A DNA stretch of 64,000 bases, from assembly GCA_965645245.1 (NCBI GenBank), contig OZ287073.1:1612001-1676000 (forward strand). The letters are read 5' to 3'. Each line of letters opens with the position of its first letter. The stretch's first letter is position 1. The notes under the pieces are model-generated. The model was given only the letters and a program-made list of their open reading frames with translations, did no database searches and was not told the origin of the DNA. Shown one piece after another: positions 37,721 through 51,436 of this stretch. The position numbers and the translations under genes were made by a program. This DNA comes from Massalongia carnosa (lineage: Eukaryota).

Positions 37721-39061
37721 TCAATCTGGGTATGTCGTAACTCGCTTCCTCGATATGTGCAGAAATAGAAAATAGTGATGGCTTTCGATAGGACTTCCGA
37801 CTTTTTGGGTGATCAATTCTGCAGTTACCCCCGGTCCCACGTTGAGACTTCTAGTAGTGTTATAGCTCGCGGAAACTGTAGTAGGGGTACCATGGGTGGT
37901 CAGTAGCACTGGAAGAACCGGGCCAGCAGGTTGCATATCATCTCTGGCATTGGTCGTCTCGCCTACAGCGTCTGAACTGCATGCAACTCTAGTAATCCTA
38001 GACACTCGGCCGAGAAGGTTGCTGTACCTTTGGGTAAGAGCTTTGGAGATATCGACCCAACGAACCTCCCCATAATCCTATCATTTTCAATTAGCATATA
38101 TAGTACTAAGTAAGTATGTAGTATGCGTCTGCGAAGAAAATAAACAGGATACCGTTTAACTTGGTGAAGATAAGAAATTTACAAGGAATCAATTCAATAA
38201 TTGTGTGATGAGCTGAAACTTTTCAAATGATTAAATAAATCAGCAAGCAGGGTTTACTTAACCCTCACATACATAAATCCATTTCACTTACGCATTGCCA
38301 TATCATTCGGGATTTTTCTGCTCAGAGGCTTCCTTGGATCTTCCAAAGGCCACCACCACATCCATTCGTCGCCCGTATACGCTTCAAATGGCCTTTTCAG
38401 TTTATCGTAAAGCGTGAGATGATCCTACTCCAAGCAGATTATGATTTTATTTAGCCACAGGTCAGGTGGAGGTACGGAGCCCAACTCTAACATCCATAGC
38501 ACATAGATCAAGACCTTTTGGCTGCGAGACGATTCTTGTCTTTTTCGCCGTATAGATTTTTGGCTGATATCTGGTAGAAATGGCAGAGATTTCTCCTGGA
38601 GGGAATCCGCTGCGTCTTTAAGCAGAAAACCATTACTCTAGGAACTTCAGCTACATACTGGCTTTAACAATCATGCCCTTCTCAGCACCAGCCTCCAGCT
38701 TGCTCTCCTTCGGAGGGGTTTTCAGTTGACCCTGAGGGTTGCCTTTGCAAGGACTCTCTTTAAGTACCGTATGGAGCTCATCGTTATTATTTAAAGTTGT
38801 GTTTTGGCCCCCTTCCGTAATCTCCTTGTAATTTTGGGGTGGAAAATCCAAGGTGGAAGATTCTACGAGTCTTTGGGGTATTGATTTCATAAGACGTCGA
38901 GTTTCGTAATTAATATCCTGATAGTACGAACCTTGCAAGGCTGGGACTTCGATATTATAATTTATATGTGGGATTTCAATATGTAGGACTTCGATATTGT
39001 AAGCGATATCCAGAGACTTCGGTTCTGACCAGAGCGAGTCATTTAATTCCATGGCACTCAA
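37721..39061 (-). pseudogene. Possible decayed fungal gene
   Basis: Broken coding-like segments, e.g. LYDKLKRPFEAYTGDEWMWWWPLEDPRKPL at ~38.33-38.42 kb, with stops and frameshifts. Confidence 0.35.
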
Positions 39062-39160
39062 AGATGTCTCGTCTACGTTCCATAAAGGCCTTAGGTATTG
39101 TCGTTTACTGTATGCATTACCCTGGTCTTCAAATAGATCGTTCCCCCTGGATGGGGCATC

Positions 39161-42100
39161 CTAGTCAACCCTGTGCACAGAACTATCTGATATTGTACTT
39201 ACGCTATGGTCCTTTTTCTGTATTCTCATATTCTCCCAATACCGATAAAGTTTTTCGTTGTAGATATTCTTAGTTTCGTCAAAACGAGTTTCAAAGTTGA
39301 TCCGCTCTTCATGAGTTTTGAAATCGATATGGATATATTTCATCTTCCTAACCGTGGTTAGATTTTTGGGCTTTTGATATATCCCAAGCGTTGCAAGGTT
39401 CATATCCTCGTCCTGCTTTTCGGCCTCGACTCGTCGACCAACCAAATCTCCAGATCGTTCGATTATGGAATGAGTGCAGTTGATTCTGCTCCTACCGCAG
39501 GAGCAGCTGTGCTCCTTCGTTGTTGTTTTCTTATCCACTTGCGATGATGAGTTCGAATCTTCTAAAATTTTTACAACTTGCCTAACTTACTTTCAATGCT
39601 CAAGAACGACATCTCTTCCTTATCCGAGTTATCAGATCTGAGGTAGAATACTAAGATCGGCAAGCCCGGCATCTCAAAACTGAACCCCATAACATTCTCC
39701 GATAAAGCTGATTTAGGCGAAATAAGAAAACTTTTCCCCATTGATGGCGCTAAGGAAGGCACTGTTGACATTGTCGTTACGGACCTACGATGTAGCGAAG
39801 AGTCTACTGGACCATTAACTAGCTGAGGACACTCCAGGCGCTTGGGGTTCCAAATTTGCACTCTTCCACGCTCTGATATTTGTTTACCACGAAACAGTGA
39901 CGCAGACGTGTACGTAATTGTTTTAATATCTGTCCTACAGCCATGGTTAAGGAGAAAAGACATTGCTATGAATAGGTACTTACTCGTCATATACAACTTT
40001 GTAACCAGTGATAGCTTGTTGAAAAGCAAACATATCTAATTCGAACCTGGTTAGCATTTATCAAGAAATCCTTTGCTTTTCATAGAACTCAACCCTTCAC
40101 TTTGAGAAAGCTAAGAGCCCTTTTATCTGCATTCTCATCTTCCCTGAAGATGATGTTGAGGGCTGTAGGGGCAGACATGGGATTTGCATATAATGGCGTC
40201 AGGTGAGCCCGGTGTAGATTGATACCCGTACTAAATAGGGTTAGGAGGAGAGAATCCAGAGGACTGAATAGAATTTACATCAGGATTCGTCGGTCGGGTG
40301 GTCCGCTCGTCTTGCTTGAAAGAACTTGCATCTCCAGTTTTTCTTCAGTACGTCGCAGCACCACAAGCTCTTGCTTTTGGTTTCTTGCTGTGCTTGACAA
40401 TTGCCTTTTTCTGTTTAGCTACTTATTTGATTCATAGGGAAGGTTGACATACATATGCAATATTTCGTTTAAATAGTCCGTGCCAGGCAGAAACTCGGTG
40501 TCCTCCTCGCCATCATCGAGCCAGATGCGAAATTCGTCTTCTCTTAGCACGTCGAGGTTTCTTCGGTCGGGTTCCTTCAATCTCTTTCTTGGCAGTTCTT
40601 TAGTCGTGAAGCGGCAAAACTCACGTTGGCATTTCTGAGCAAGGCTCGTTAGCAGGGAGTGTATTCTTTCAGTATACTTAAAGACTTTCAAGATCTACCC
40701 ACTTCATCTAGTTCTTTGATATAACAATCCCACAGACAATCAGATGAAGCTATTTTATATTCCTCCCCTTTTTTAACCTTCTGTATAATCCAGATGCTCT
40801 TCATAAGGTTCAGATATTGCGTTGGTTGCGGTGTTCGATCGGCGAAGAAATCACCCGCCATCAATGTCGTCTCGGGCTGAAATTTAGAAGTGCTCTTTCC
40901 AGAGTAAGCTTTCGATTTCTCCAGCATCGATACAGGGCTCACCTGTTCAAAATGATGATGGAAGGCATTGACACCCTTGGCGAGCGGGAAACTCTTGTCA
41001 TCCTGAAGTTCTGGATTCGCAGCTTTAATGGCTGTTTCAAACCTGACTTCGAGATAGCCCGGGACACGAGGTAGCTCCGGCGGTACCTCTTCGGCCTCTG
41101 TATTTACCTCATCTGCATTTCTTGTCCAATGGCCCTCGATCCTTCTCAATATCTCGTGCAATTCTGTTATTCGCGAAGCTAAGTCGCCATGGACCTTGTA
41201 TATGTCATTCTTTAGGTCAAGCAGCAGTTTTCTGAACGAGTCATCAGTTTTAGACAGAATTGCGAAATGTAACATGAAATAATTGAGACTGGATGACGGG
41301 GCTTTAAAGAATGATTTACAGCGGAAGAAAGGGAAAGATCGGAACCCTGCAACGCAGTTGCCCAAGGCTGCGCAGACTTTTTTGCAAGAACGCCAAACAT
41401 TAAACGCTTGCATGGGGTGTGCAAATCTACTCAAAACTGCCTTAAAGAGAGGGAAACCTACAACTCAAGTGGTTTGAGAATGGTGGCAATCTGTCGATTT
41501 TCAATCTCATGCTCGAAGGGTAAGAGAGCTCCATTCAGACGGTACCTTGATGTTATGAAAAGCCACACGGTCCTTCAGCTGTGTAACCTCAGGTTCTATT
41601 GAATAATTCCATTGAATATTATAAATGAAGCCTCCACGGCCCCTGCCAAACTTAGTTTGATCATTCAATAATCGCTCGCAGTCATGGAGAGTCTTCCTGA
41701 AATTTCCACAAATCTGTAGTAGAGATTCCAAATTCCAGTCGTGGTCTTGGGGTGATAAAGAAGCTGGGACCTGCTTGGTGACATCTTGAATCACCATCCC
41801 GAGCTTCTTGAGATTTCCTGCAAAATGCTGAATATCCGAACCGAAGTCTGCATATTGTTTTTCTAAACGATTGAAAAACGATTCAGCTGAAAAATTCAGA
41901 AAAGATGAAACGGAAAGCGGAATATACAGCCGGGAAAGGTAAGTAAGTTGGTAGTGTGGTACAAAACATGAGAAGTAAGAAAAGACTGATGCTATATCGG
42001 GTATTATACTGTAATGTACCGAGTACAACATATACTGTAATTAGGTATATACGGAGTAACGTAGGTATATTCAAGCCTCGTGGAGAATTACCGAGCAGCG

Positions 42101-42199
42101 CAACTTACCTGCGTTTTTCGCCTTGCTGAAACCCAAGTCCCACAGGTTGTAAGCAATCTTGGCTAGCTTCAAAATATCACTCACGCTGACACTAGACAT
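39161..42199 (-). CDS. Multi-exon hypothetical protein with a SesA/HeLo-like N-terminal helical domain
   Basis: MSSVSVSDILKLAKIAYNLW...NA|EKQYADF...FRKTLHDCERLL...LKDRVAFHNIK|IATILKPLEL|KLLLD. First intron is 41863-42108; later ORF blocks are linked by canonical splice sites. Exact exon bounds are partly uncertain. Confidence 0.7.
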
Positions 42200-42917
42200 A
42201 GTTTTTGGTGACAGCAATAGCAACAACGACAGTGGCAGAAACAAACGTCGAGGACAACTGAGGATGAACTTGCTTGACTGTCCGAAGCTCGAAGAAGGGG
42301 ACCGCGTCACTTATCTCTGTCCTATGTTCTGCGTGGGTCGGCATTGGAACATGCGCACCACCTAGAGGCGATGGTGGCCACACGGCCAAAGCGCGCCAAG
42401 CCCTTATCAATAAATTTTAAGCCTCACCGAGAACAGATCATCACGAGGAGTTTTTCGCACTCTACAGAGGACTCAGAGCAGGTTTCTTTAACTAGATTCT
42501 ACAGAAGTACCTTGTACAAAGTACAATCCCTGCGCAAGGCTGACCTATCATCATCCTGCGCCTGCATAGCTCATTGTCAAGGCATTGTTTCTTCAAGCCC
42601 AGTCTCCCAAAGCGTCATCAACTCGTCCAGATAGAGTTACACCCAATAAGTAGCAGTTGCATATTGGCAGACCGGGCCATGTTAATACCAATCGTAGCCA
42701 ATCTGTCTGGTTCCAGCTTTGGTGTTACGTTGCTCGTGTCCTAATATCTCCCTTCGTGATTCTCTTGTGCGCCTGACAGTCAGCCGTCAGCCTCATTATA
42801 GAGGAGTCGAAAAGAGCAATGTCGACACTCGGTGTTATCTATAGCTGTGGAAATGTCCGTGGAGTTCGTCCTTAACACTAAATTCAACTAATCTTGCTGT
42901 TTGTTGTACGACCAAAG

Positions 42918-45386
42918 ATGGCAGGAAACGACATTATCCAGGTTGAGGTGCATGATACTGATGGTATCAGTCAAGAGGATTCAATAGGGCATGATCCGGA
43001 AGATCTTGAATTCCTTCAAGCCAGACCTGGAGATGTCGTGCTAAACACCCCAAAGCCAGACCAGCGTCTCGAACAATTTTCGGTGATATGTATCATCTGC
43101 AACCGCATGATCGGTTAGTATTTTCTGGATTTTAGAAGGAGCATCCCTAGAGAAGACTTTTTTTGGATGAAGCCTATATTTCGCATCTCTGTTTGCTAGA
43201 AGCTCGTCCGTTGCTCAATGACGTTAATCAATGACTCCCAGTCTTCAGCTAAAGGCTCAAGTTCGCTTTTTTGCCTTGACTTTTTAAGACCAGTTATTAG
43301 ACCAGCTTGCCATGATATTATCCATTCGTCATTTCATTTCATCCTTCTGACCTCGACCTGTTCCAAGTTTTGTTGTACTATATTAACCCGAGCATGACAT
43401 AGGCACGGGCATCTTCCAAACGCCAACAACCATCATTCATTACACCCATAGCGCGGGCATCACAATGCTTTTTTGGTTATCTGGATCCATTGGTGCTATT
43501 GCGGGTATACTGGTTTACATCGAATTTGGCCTCACTACTCCACGATACCTATTTGGCGGAAGAAAGATTTCAGTTCCCAGGAATGGTGGGGAGCTTCATT
43601 ATGTAAGTTTTGAATCGGTGGAGAACAGGAATATGCGCACAAGCTCATATGCGTACAGCTTAAAGACATTTTCAAAAAGCCAGCGTTTCTTACCACATGT
43701 CTGTTTGGCGTGATTTTTATATTATTAGGTACCGCGGCAATGAATGCTTTGTCTTTTGGAATCCGGGTGCTCGAAGCCGCAGGCAGGCCTGTCGATAACT
43801 TCATTGCTCGTGGTATTGCTATCGCTGTGGTCACCTTCGCCGTTCTCCTGCATGGTACCTGGAGACAGGCCGGCCTGGTTCTGAACAACGCTTTCGCCCT
43901 CGTCAAGGTCCTCATTTTACTCCTCATCATCGTGACTGGTGTGATATCCTGGGGTGGCGTTTTTAAGACTTCTGACTCTGCCACATCTAATCCCGGAGTT
44001 GTGAGCGATAATTTTAACGTCCACAACTCTTTCAAAAGTGCATCTCGTGATTCTTATGGGTTCGCCGAAAGCTTTCTTGCTGTCATCTTTGCTTATTCAG
44101 GGTTCAATCAAGCCAACTATGTAAGTAGTGTTTTTTAGACGCGCGCTGCCCCAATCTAATACCTACCGCAGGTTTTGAGCGAAATCGACAACCCCAGGAG
44201 GAAGTATAAGTGGCCATCATTCTTTGCCGTTGTCGGTGTTTGTATACTATATATGCTAGTGAACATTGCATACGTAGGTTTATGAAGGCATTGTGAGGAA
44301 TTAGATTGAGCTGATGTTTTACAGTTCATCGTTGTACCGGTGACCAGTCAGATAGAAGGTGACGATGTGGCACTGCAGTTCTTTGAGCTGACCTTTGGAA
44401 CATTAGCCCATGGTGGTAACACAACAGGACCGCGTATTCTTGCTGCGTTTATGGCTATTTCAAGTTTAGGTGAATCGCAAGCTTCAGGTTGATTCCCTCT
44501 TATGGACCCGACGTGCTGACTCAATGCGTTTCATAGGCAACATCATTGTCATGACATACACAGCCGCCCGTGGTAAGTTAAAGCCGTCCCACTAACACTC
44601 CACGTCTTTTCTTTCCAAATACGGCACCAAGCTGATCCAATCTCCCCTCCAGTCAAGCAAGAAATTGCGAAAGAAGGCGTCCTTCCATTCCGCCGATTTG
44701 TCGCCCGTAGCATCCGCATCCCCAGCATCCCACTCGGCCGCGTGTTCGGCCGCCGCTCTAGACCTAGATCCGACGAGATTCCGGTCGGCGGCCTCGCCCT
44801 GCATTGGATCATCTCCGTCATCCTCATTTTGGTCACCGCTGCACAAACCGACATCAAAGCCTCATACGCCATCCTCGTTAGCTTATATAGCTACACCATC
44901 GACGCCTTCATTAGTCTCCTCCTTGGCGGGGGCCTTCTCTTCCTCCGCTTTAGCTCTGCCCGTAAATGGGGTGAGAAATCTACCACCATCAACCCATACA
45001 TCAGCGTCGCTGCCGCCACCGTCTTCACCATCGCAAATACCTTCCCCGTCATCGCTGCCTGGGTTCCGCCGTCGCACGGCCATACCGCTGCCACTGGCGG
45101 CGGGGAGATTCCCTGGTTCGCAACGCCGACGATTGGGTGGAGCGTGATTGCCGCGGGGGTGGCATACTGGGTGGGGTTTTACTACCTCGTTCCTCACATC
45201 GGCGATCATCCCGGAAAGGAGCTGATCGTGCACCGAAAACTGTTCTTCCATGAGGAGCATGGATATCCCGTGCAGTGGCACGAGCAGCTTAATTTCTCAT
45301 GGGTTATCCGAAATGGGTCCGCGGGCTTTTCCCGCTACGTGGACGAGGAGATCGAGGTCCGGGTTAAGGGAAATGGAATCTTTTAA
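42918..45386 (+). CDS. LAT-family amino acid permease (Mup1-like methionine permease), multi-exon
   Basis: NRMI|GTGIF, YIEFG...PRNGGE, FAYSGFNQANY|VLSEI, TAAR|VKQEIAKEGVLPF, and many TM helices. Confidence 0.9.
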
Positions 45387-45965
45387 AGCTTGGAATGGGT
45401 TTGGTAATAGGACGCATAGCAGGAAGGGAAAGTGGGGATTTAATTTATTTTGAAGTGTAATGAGAATGATACCCTGTTGTTTTGATATTCACATTGTATT
45501 CTTTCAACCGGTTAATTGTATAGAGTTACTGTAGAGTCTTAAAATAATATGCTTGCTGATTTCTATCATAAAACCTACTACTTACTTGCATGTACATATC
45601 TAATCTATCCTACCTGTACATTTTCGATAGTCCTTTGCCGCCACTATGTCCTTTTCCCTTTTTCAAAGTCCCCACTCTCACATTAACTTATTCAAGCCTT
45701 CCGTTTTCGTTGGATAATTCATTACATTCTTTCAAATGGCGGTTTTTAGACAAACGGAACGTCTTTCTACCTTTTTTTTGGCCAAATAGCGAGGCCAAAA
45801 GTCTGCGGCCCCGCTGGTAATAAGTCACCTAAGCCACCGAGCCAAAAGGCTACTATGGTAGTTCTCCTATGCAGACACTACCGCTTATTACACCACATAT
45901 TATTCTCGGTCGCTCACCTGTCGACACTTCAATCTGTGACATATATTCATTTCATCATCTGTTCA

Positions 45966-48014
45966 CCTTCTGCTTCTTTCAGTCCTTCGTTTCTAGCCAG
46001 CTCGTCTGTCAGCTATACAGCCATATAGTCAATGCAGTCGTCGTTCACCTAGCTAGCTGTCATGATGTGACTGTCCTCCGTTTCGTACCATTCTTTGATC
46101 ATCACCATCTTCGACCCAGACCTGTCCTAGCAACAGCGCCATTGATTCATCACGATCAGCACCGCCTTTCACCCACTACCCCTCTTCGTTGGCGACCACG
46201 GTCGGATGGATCAACTAGGACTATTGCTAGGACAGCGTCATTTTCACCTTTTCGGCCATTGTCAACTGCTAGCAGTCCATCGACCTTGCTGTGTCTGGGC
46301 CATCTTTACCAGAGCTGGACTCGTTACTACAACCGTTTACATCACTTTTACTGCCACAGAGCAGGTACCTTTGAGTTTTGTCAGGGTGTTCTGACCATCT
46401 GAGCATGTGCTTTACGTTTTCATCTTTCGTTTGACTATCGGAGTATAATGTCTACAACAAAGCGACCCAGACCATCTGCATCATCATTGACCGAGCCGTT
46501 CCTACGTTTCTACATCACTTTTACGCTGCTGAGATCGCTGAGTCCATCGAATTCGCCGAGTCTGTTGTTTCTACTGCTGCTATTGCTGTTGGGAGGGGCT
46601 TAAAAAACCCATTCAGTTGTTATTTTCTACAGAGTTATTGGGGTCTACAGAGCTCATCGTTATCGTCAAAATTGGGGTCATATCTTCAGCAATAGTGAGG
46701 CACACGGGCATACACCTAGCAGGACAACAGTCGAAAAAAAGGGTTTTTCAGCAGTCACAATACATCACTTCATCGCGAAATTATACCGAATCAAGCTAGT
46801 GAAATTTTCATATAGGAGTTCTAAGCATGGATCCTCCCACGAAGGACCGAACCGGAATCATATGGGCCATATCTGGGCCAGTCTAGACCATGTGGGCAGC
46901 TTGTCTGTGCGCAGACGAGCTCTGTTATTATTGGTTTTTTCTATTGAAGCTGCTCAAGCAGCTCAGCCATTTCGCGCTTTCGTGTCATCATCTATTATCA
47001 AGTTCCGCGTTTCGCTATCGATTTCCGCTCCGAAGTCTCATTTAGTCTATTTATTCGTTTCGTTTCTGGCCAGGGACCAGACATCATTAAACGACCAGTC
47101 CATGCGGTCCATCGTCTATACAATAGGGCCTATCTCAATGCAGTCGGTCTGCATCTTCGACACCTATACAGCAGCAACAATGACACCTTTCGCCACCGAA
47201 TTGAGCACCTCGTCTTCGGCCTCATGCGCACTACTACTGACAGCCTTTCTACTAGGCTGGTCACTAGGTCTATTCACTAGGCATTATCGTCATATATTCA
47301 AACGGTTATTTAGTATTATTAGTTCGTTGTTTCGTACGGTCACATCTTTCGTGTATCGACTTCTTTCCACGGACTTCAGGTTCTCATAAACTGACATCTC
47401 AGCTAAAGCCATTCTCGGCTGGTTCATCTGTTATGGGTGCATATGGTGTAACAGCTCAGGTATGCTCTGATAATGCTGTTGCTGATCGCCCTGATCGAGG
47501 AACGGGTGCAAAATGGGTGTTCACTTCATTCTCATTTCAATCTCGAGCTAACCAGATCTTCTCTCAAACTGGTGCGTTACTCATAGATGCCGATCTCCCT
47601 GAGTACGTGTGCAGGCTTGACATCTGTGCTGTGTACAGACTGTACGGGCGAGGGGCACACATGCCACAGTGTCTCAAAGAAATAGTCGGCTTCGGGTTAA
47701 TACTTCGGTCAAAGGCGTCAGTTATCAGTCAGTAATTCAGTCATTCAATCATCAGTCAGGAAGTCAACAGTCAGTCAATCATTAGACAGTAATCCTTCTG
47801 CTTCTTTCGGTCCTTCGTTTCTAGTCAGCTCGTCTGTCAGCTAAACAGCCATATAGTCAATGCAGTCGTCGTTCGCCTAGCTAGCTATCATGCTGTGGAT
47901 GTCCTCCGTTTGTACCATTCTTTGGTCATCACCATCTTCGACCCAGACCTGTCCTAGCAACAGCGCCATTGATCCATCACGATCAGCACCGCCTTTCACC
48001 TACTACCCCTCTTC
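45966..48014. repeat. Pair of ~222-bp direct repeats (45966-46187 and 47794-48014)
   Basis: CCTTCTGCTTCTTTC...ACTACCCCTCTTC occurs twice with about a dozen differences, at an offset of 1828 bp. Confidence 0.93.
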
Positions 48015-49877
48015 AATATCATGTTAATATGACGTCAATTCAGTGTTACGAGGCCGATTATCATTTATGGGGGTCAAAGAAGCACGAAGCATGATGAAAT
48101 GATGAGATGAAAGATAAGGGGTTGATGAGTTGAAAACGCGAAATCACGAAAATCACGGGTTGGGCTGCAGACTTTTGGCACGGGGCTGTAGGTAGAAATG
48201 CCTAGGTAAGGTTAAGATACACGAGGTCCTCTCCGCATTATTTCATATTTCAGTACTATATAGATAACAACGCCTTTGTGCCTTATCTCCATCATCCGCG
48301 CCAGTTCACGTTGGCGCTTGAAAGAAACATAGCAACTCTGTACATATCGGACAATCAGTCATGTAGCCAGTCACCAGCCATGCCAGCCAATCAGCCCTAT
48401 CTCCCTCAGTCTCAACCCATCCCAATCCCCCCGATTTGTCGATTCCTCACCCAACTCTACTTTCCACCTTACCGAACGAGTTTGCCGTTCTTAGGTGGAT
48501 GGCTTGGTCTACTGGCCCAACGCTACGCTCAAGCGCCCTCGATCTTTCATCCCCCATTTCCATCTTCTCTTTTCTCATGCTTTCCTTTCATCTCTGCTAT
48601 CGGCATGGTCGATTTAATTGTCCTGATCCTGTTCCTTCCAATTTCATGCCTCTTGGAGAGGCATTGCGCGCTATAACATATTGTTCATTCCATTTGACTG
48701 ACTGGCAACCTTCCGAATTTAGCTTGCCACCATCTTCGCTGGAGATTTCTCCATGTGTAGATACGCATTCGTGAGGCCAGGGTTTCGATTTCAAAGGTTT
48801 GCGAAGCCATGTATCAGCAGTGCGAAGATCTCCAGTAAGATGCATCATCACATCTGGGTTCCTACGGTATATCTTCGAACTTTTCTTAACGAAAATATGC
48901 AGAAAGCTTTTGGTCTGTTGCTTGGAGTAGACTTGGTGTCAGGAGGCTTGTTACTCGTAATATACATTGACATAACAAAAGCTTAGTTCGACTTTATGGA
49001 GGAATTCTAATTGGACGGATATTTCGGTTTTTTCAACTCAAGGCTTTTGGGATGAAACCACAGCAACGGGAGTGATTGTATAGCGTATAGGATATATAAC
49101 ATAATTCTCCAACCCGGCAACTTCACAACCATCGGTAAACATTCTACCACGAGATCTTAGTGAAGTATCCTCTGCCTCATTGGATCGGTTACGATGATAA
49201 CGACGGTTAAACTGTGGGAGAGTTCTCATAAAGGCTATAGCGTTATAAATTGTACGGGCTGGAGACTGGCAGCTGAGCATGCTGCTCCCTGGCATATTGG
49301 ACCGAGGCTTTATTGGGCAGCTTGATGCCCTTCAGCCGTTACGTCTGCCAATGTGTATCCCCTACCCTGAGAGAATTTGAGAGGCGAGGGTGGCGAATTA
49401 GGTTTGATAGCTGGACATGAAATGTTGTAATCCAAGTCATTTGGTAATGAGGAGAACATTGTAGGTGGCGGATCAGTAGAGACATTAAAGATAGTTAGGA
49501 GATATGGTCAATTGCGTTCTTTCTTGCTAGACGCGGGAATTCTTGACGTGTCATGCCCGGGAACGTTGTTCATAAGAGTAAACTACCCATGAGGTTGCGA
49601 GGCGTAGCATGGAAGGGTAAGAAATTTTGGGCAGGCGGAAAGTTGAGTTAGCCATCGGTCACAATGCTGGCTTGCTTCAATGATAAGTAATGCCATTTAA
49701 GAGAAGCTTGAGAGCAAAAAAGGCCTTATAAGAGTGATGGTGGGTTGTTGGGTGCTAGATGCCACATGAATGAAATTATTGTTCAAGCGAACTAGCATAT
49801 TCTGACAACTTTCTGGGGGGAGAGTGCTGAATGGTGAACACAGCTTTATAATCGTTTGCAAGAGAATTGATGTATCG

Positions 49878-50721
49878 TTATTTTGAAGGCCGATGAGATA
49901 AGGGAGCTTGTTCACTGGCTGGTAAGATTCTACCGTTGGTGTCCCGAGTAGGGCTCTTGCCCTTGCCTTTTACCTCCCGGCCTCGACCCCTATCATGACT
50001 CCTGTTATCTGGCTGGTCATCCATGAAACTGCCATGAAAAGAATGAGCTTGATTCTGCTCCTGTCGCAACATTGATGTGCGTTCATCTTCATCGTCTTCA
50101 TCTTGTTCTAGCAATTCACCCTCGGCTGTATCATACTCTGGGGGGGTAACCCATTCCCTAGGCACGACACATGGAAGCGCAACGCCAATGCTGGCTGCCC
50201 TGTTCAGCCAGGCTGGAGGGGCTGAGTTTGTTAGTTGCTCACATAAGTACGAAGTAAAATGATTGCAGTTGCAGCTCAACAGGTTGTACGACGTCCCTTG
50301 GAACTTTTGTGAAACTTCTTTGATGATTGATTCTATTTCATGATCAGGCCTGAAAGTGAAACCTTGCAGAAGCTCGCAACGAAAGGTTCCACCGGGCGGT
50401 TCTTGGCCAGGCCTTGTCCAATATGCGCCAGACATTCCTGGTCGATCATGCCCTCCAAATGCATATTCTCGGTTAAGACTCTTGATCACGACTCCAGTAT
50501 GTAGAAGTGAACTACCACAGAACCAAAGCACGGAAGAAAGCTTTCCTGGCTGTCAGGATCTATTAGGATATTGAACTGTTGTGTCTCAAGAAGTGAACAG
50601 CACATACAGGGAGAAGATCATATACATTTATCAGTATTTCAGTCTTTTGAGCAGAAAGCGAGGAGCGATGACTTCCTGATTTAGGGCGTGCAGTTTTTTT
50701 CTTGCTTCCTGAAGGTGGCAT
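49878..50721 (-). CDS. PPPDE/DeSI family peptidase (DESI2-like), intron 50550-50607
   Basis: INVYDLLP|PG, catalytic His in LLHTGVV, EYAFGG, and catalytic Cys in YNLLSCNCNHF. Confidence 0.93.
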
Positions 50722-51436
50722 AATGAAATGATGCTATAGATACAAACTAGTGGAAAGAGGAGACTGGGAACTCTTACGGTGAGGGAAACAGTAGACAGTC
50801 AAGTACGAGACTTAAATCTGAGAGGAGGATTAACAGAAAAAGTGACAGATAGAGTGATTAGGGTTATGTAAAAGATCCACGTGGCCCAATGAGTGAAGTA
50901 GGAGATACTATTCTGGATGTAATTGGGAAATCAGGATAAGAACTGAGTGAAGACTGGAGTGATGAGACAATATGTAGCAAAGCACAATAGCCTACGGAGT
51001 ACTTTGTTCAGATTCGATGAAGCTTAAAACGGTGATGATGATGAGGATAAGGGTGAGGATGAGTAGACGTTGGCAGCAGTTAATCATTTTGAAAATCATC
51101 TTTCAGCCCTATGAGATAGTTTACATTACAGGGTATCGATACAGTGTATCACTTGTATCAAAGTCTTATAACTTCACCTACCAATGAGTTGTGCGTCGGA
51201 TGAACGACGTCTAATAAAAAGAGAGGGACAATTAGTCACCCTCTCTCCAACCTATTGACACGACGACTAATTCACATCTTTCACAACTTTTTAATTCTCA
51301 ATTTATATTTTTAAAACGATCAGCAGCAAGAACTGCGATCGGAATACAAACTTGTTCCGGCCAACAACGGCTCATATTCAACCTGTCTCGCCAATCTTTC
51401 TCTACTCTTGGTGTATGCTTGAGCAGCAGGAGAAGG

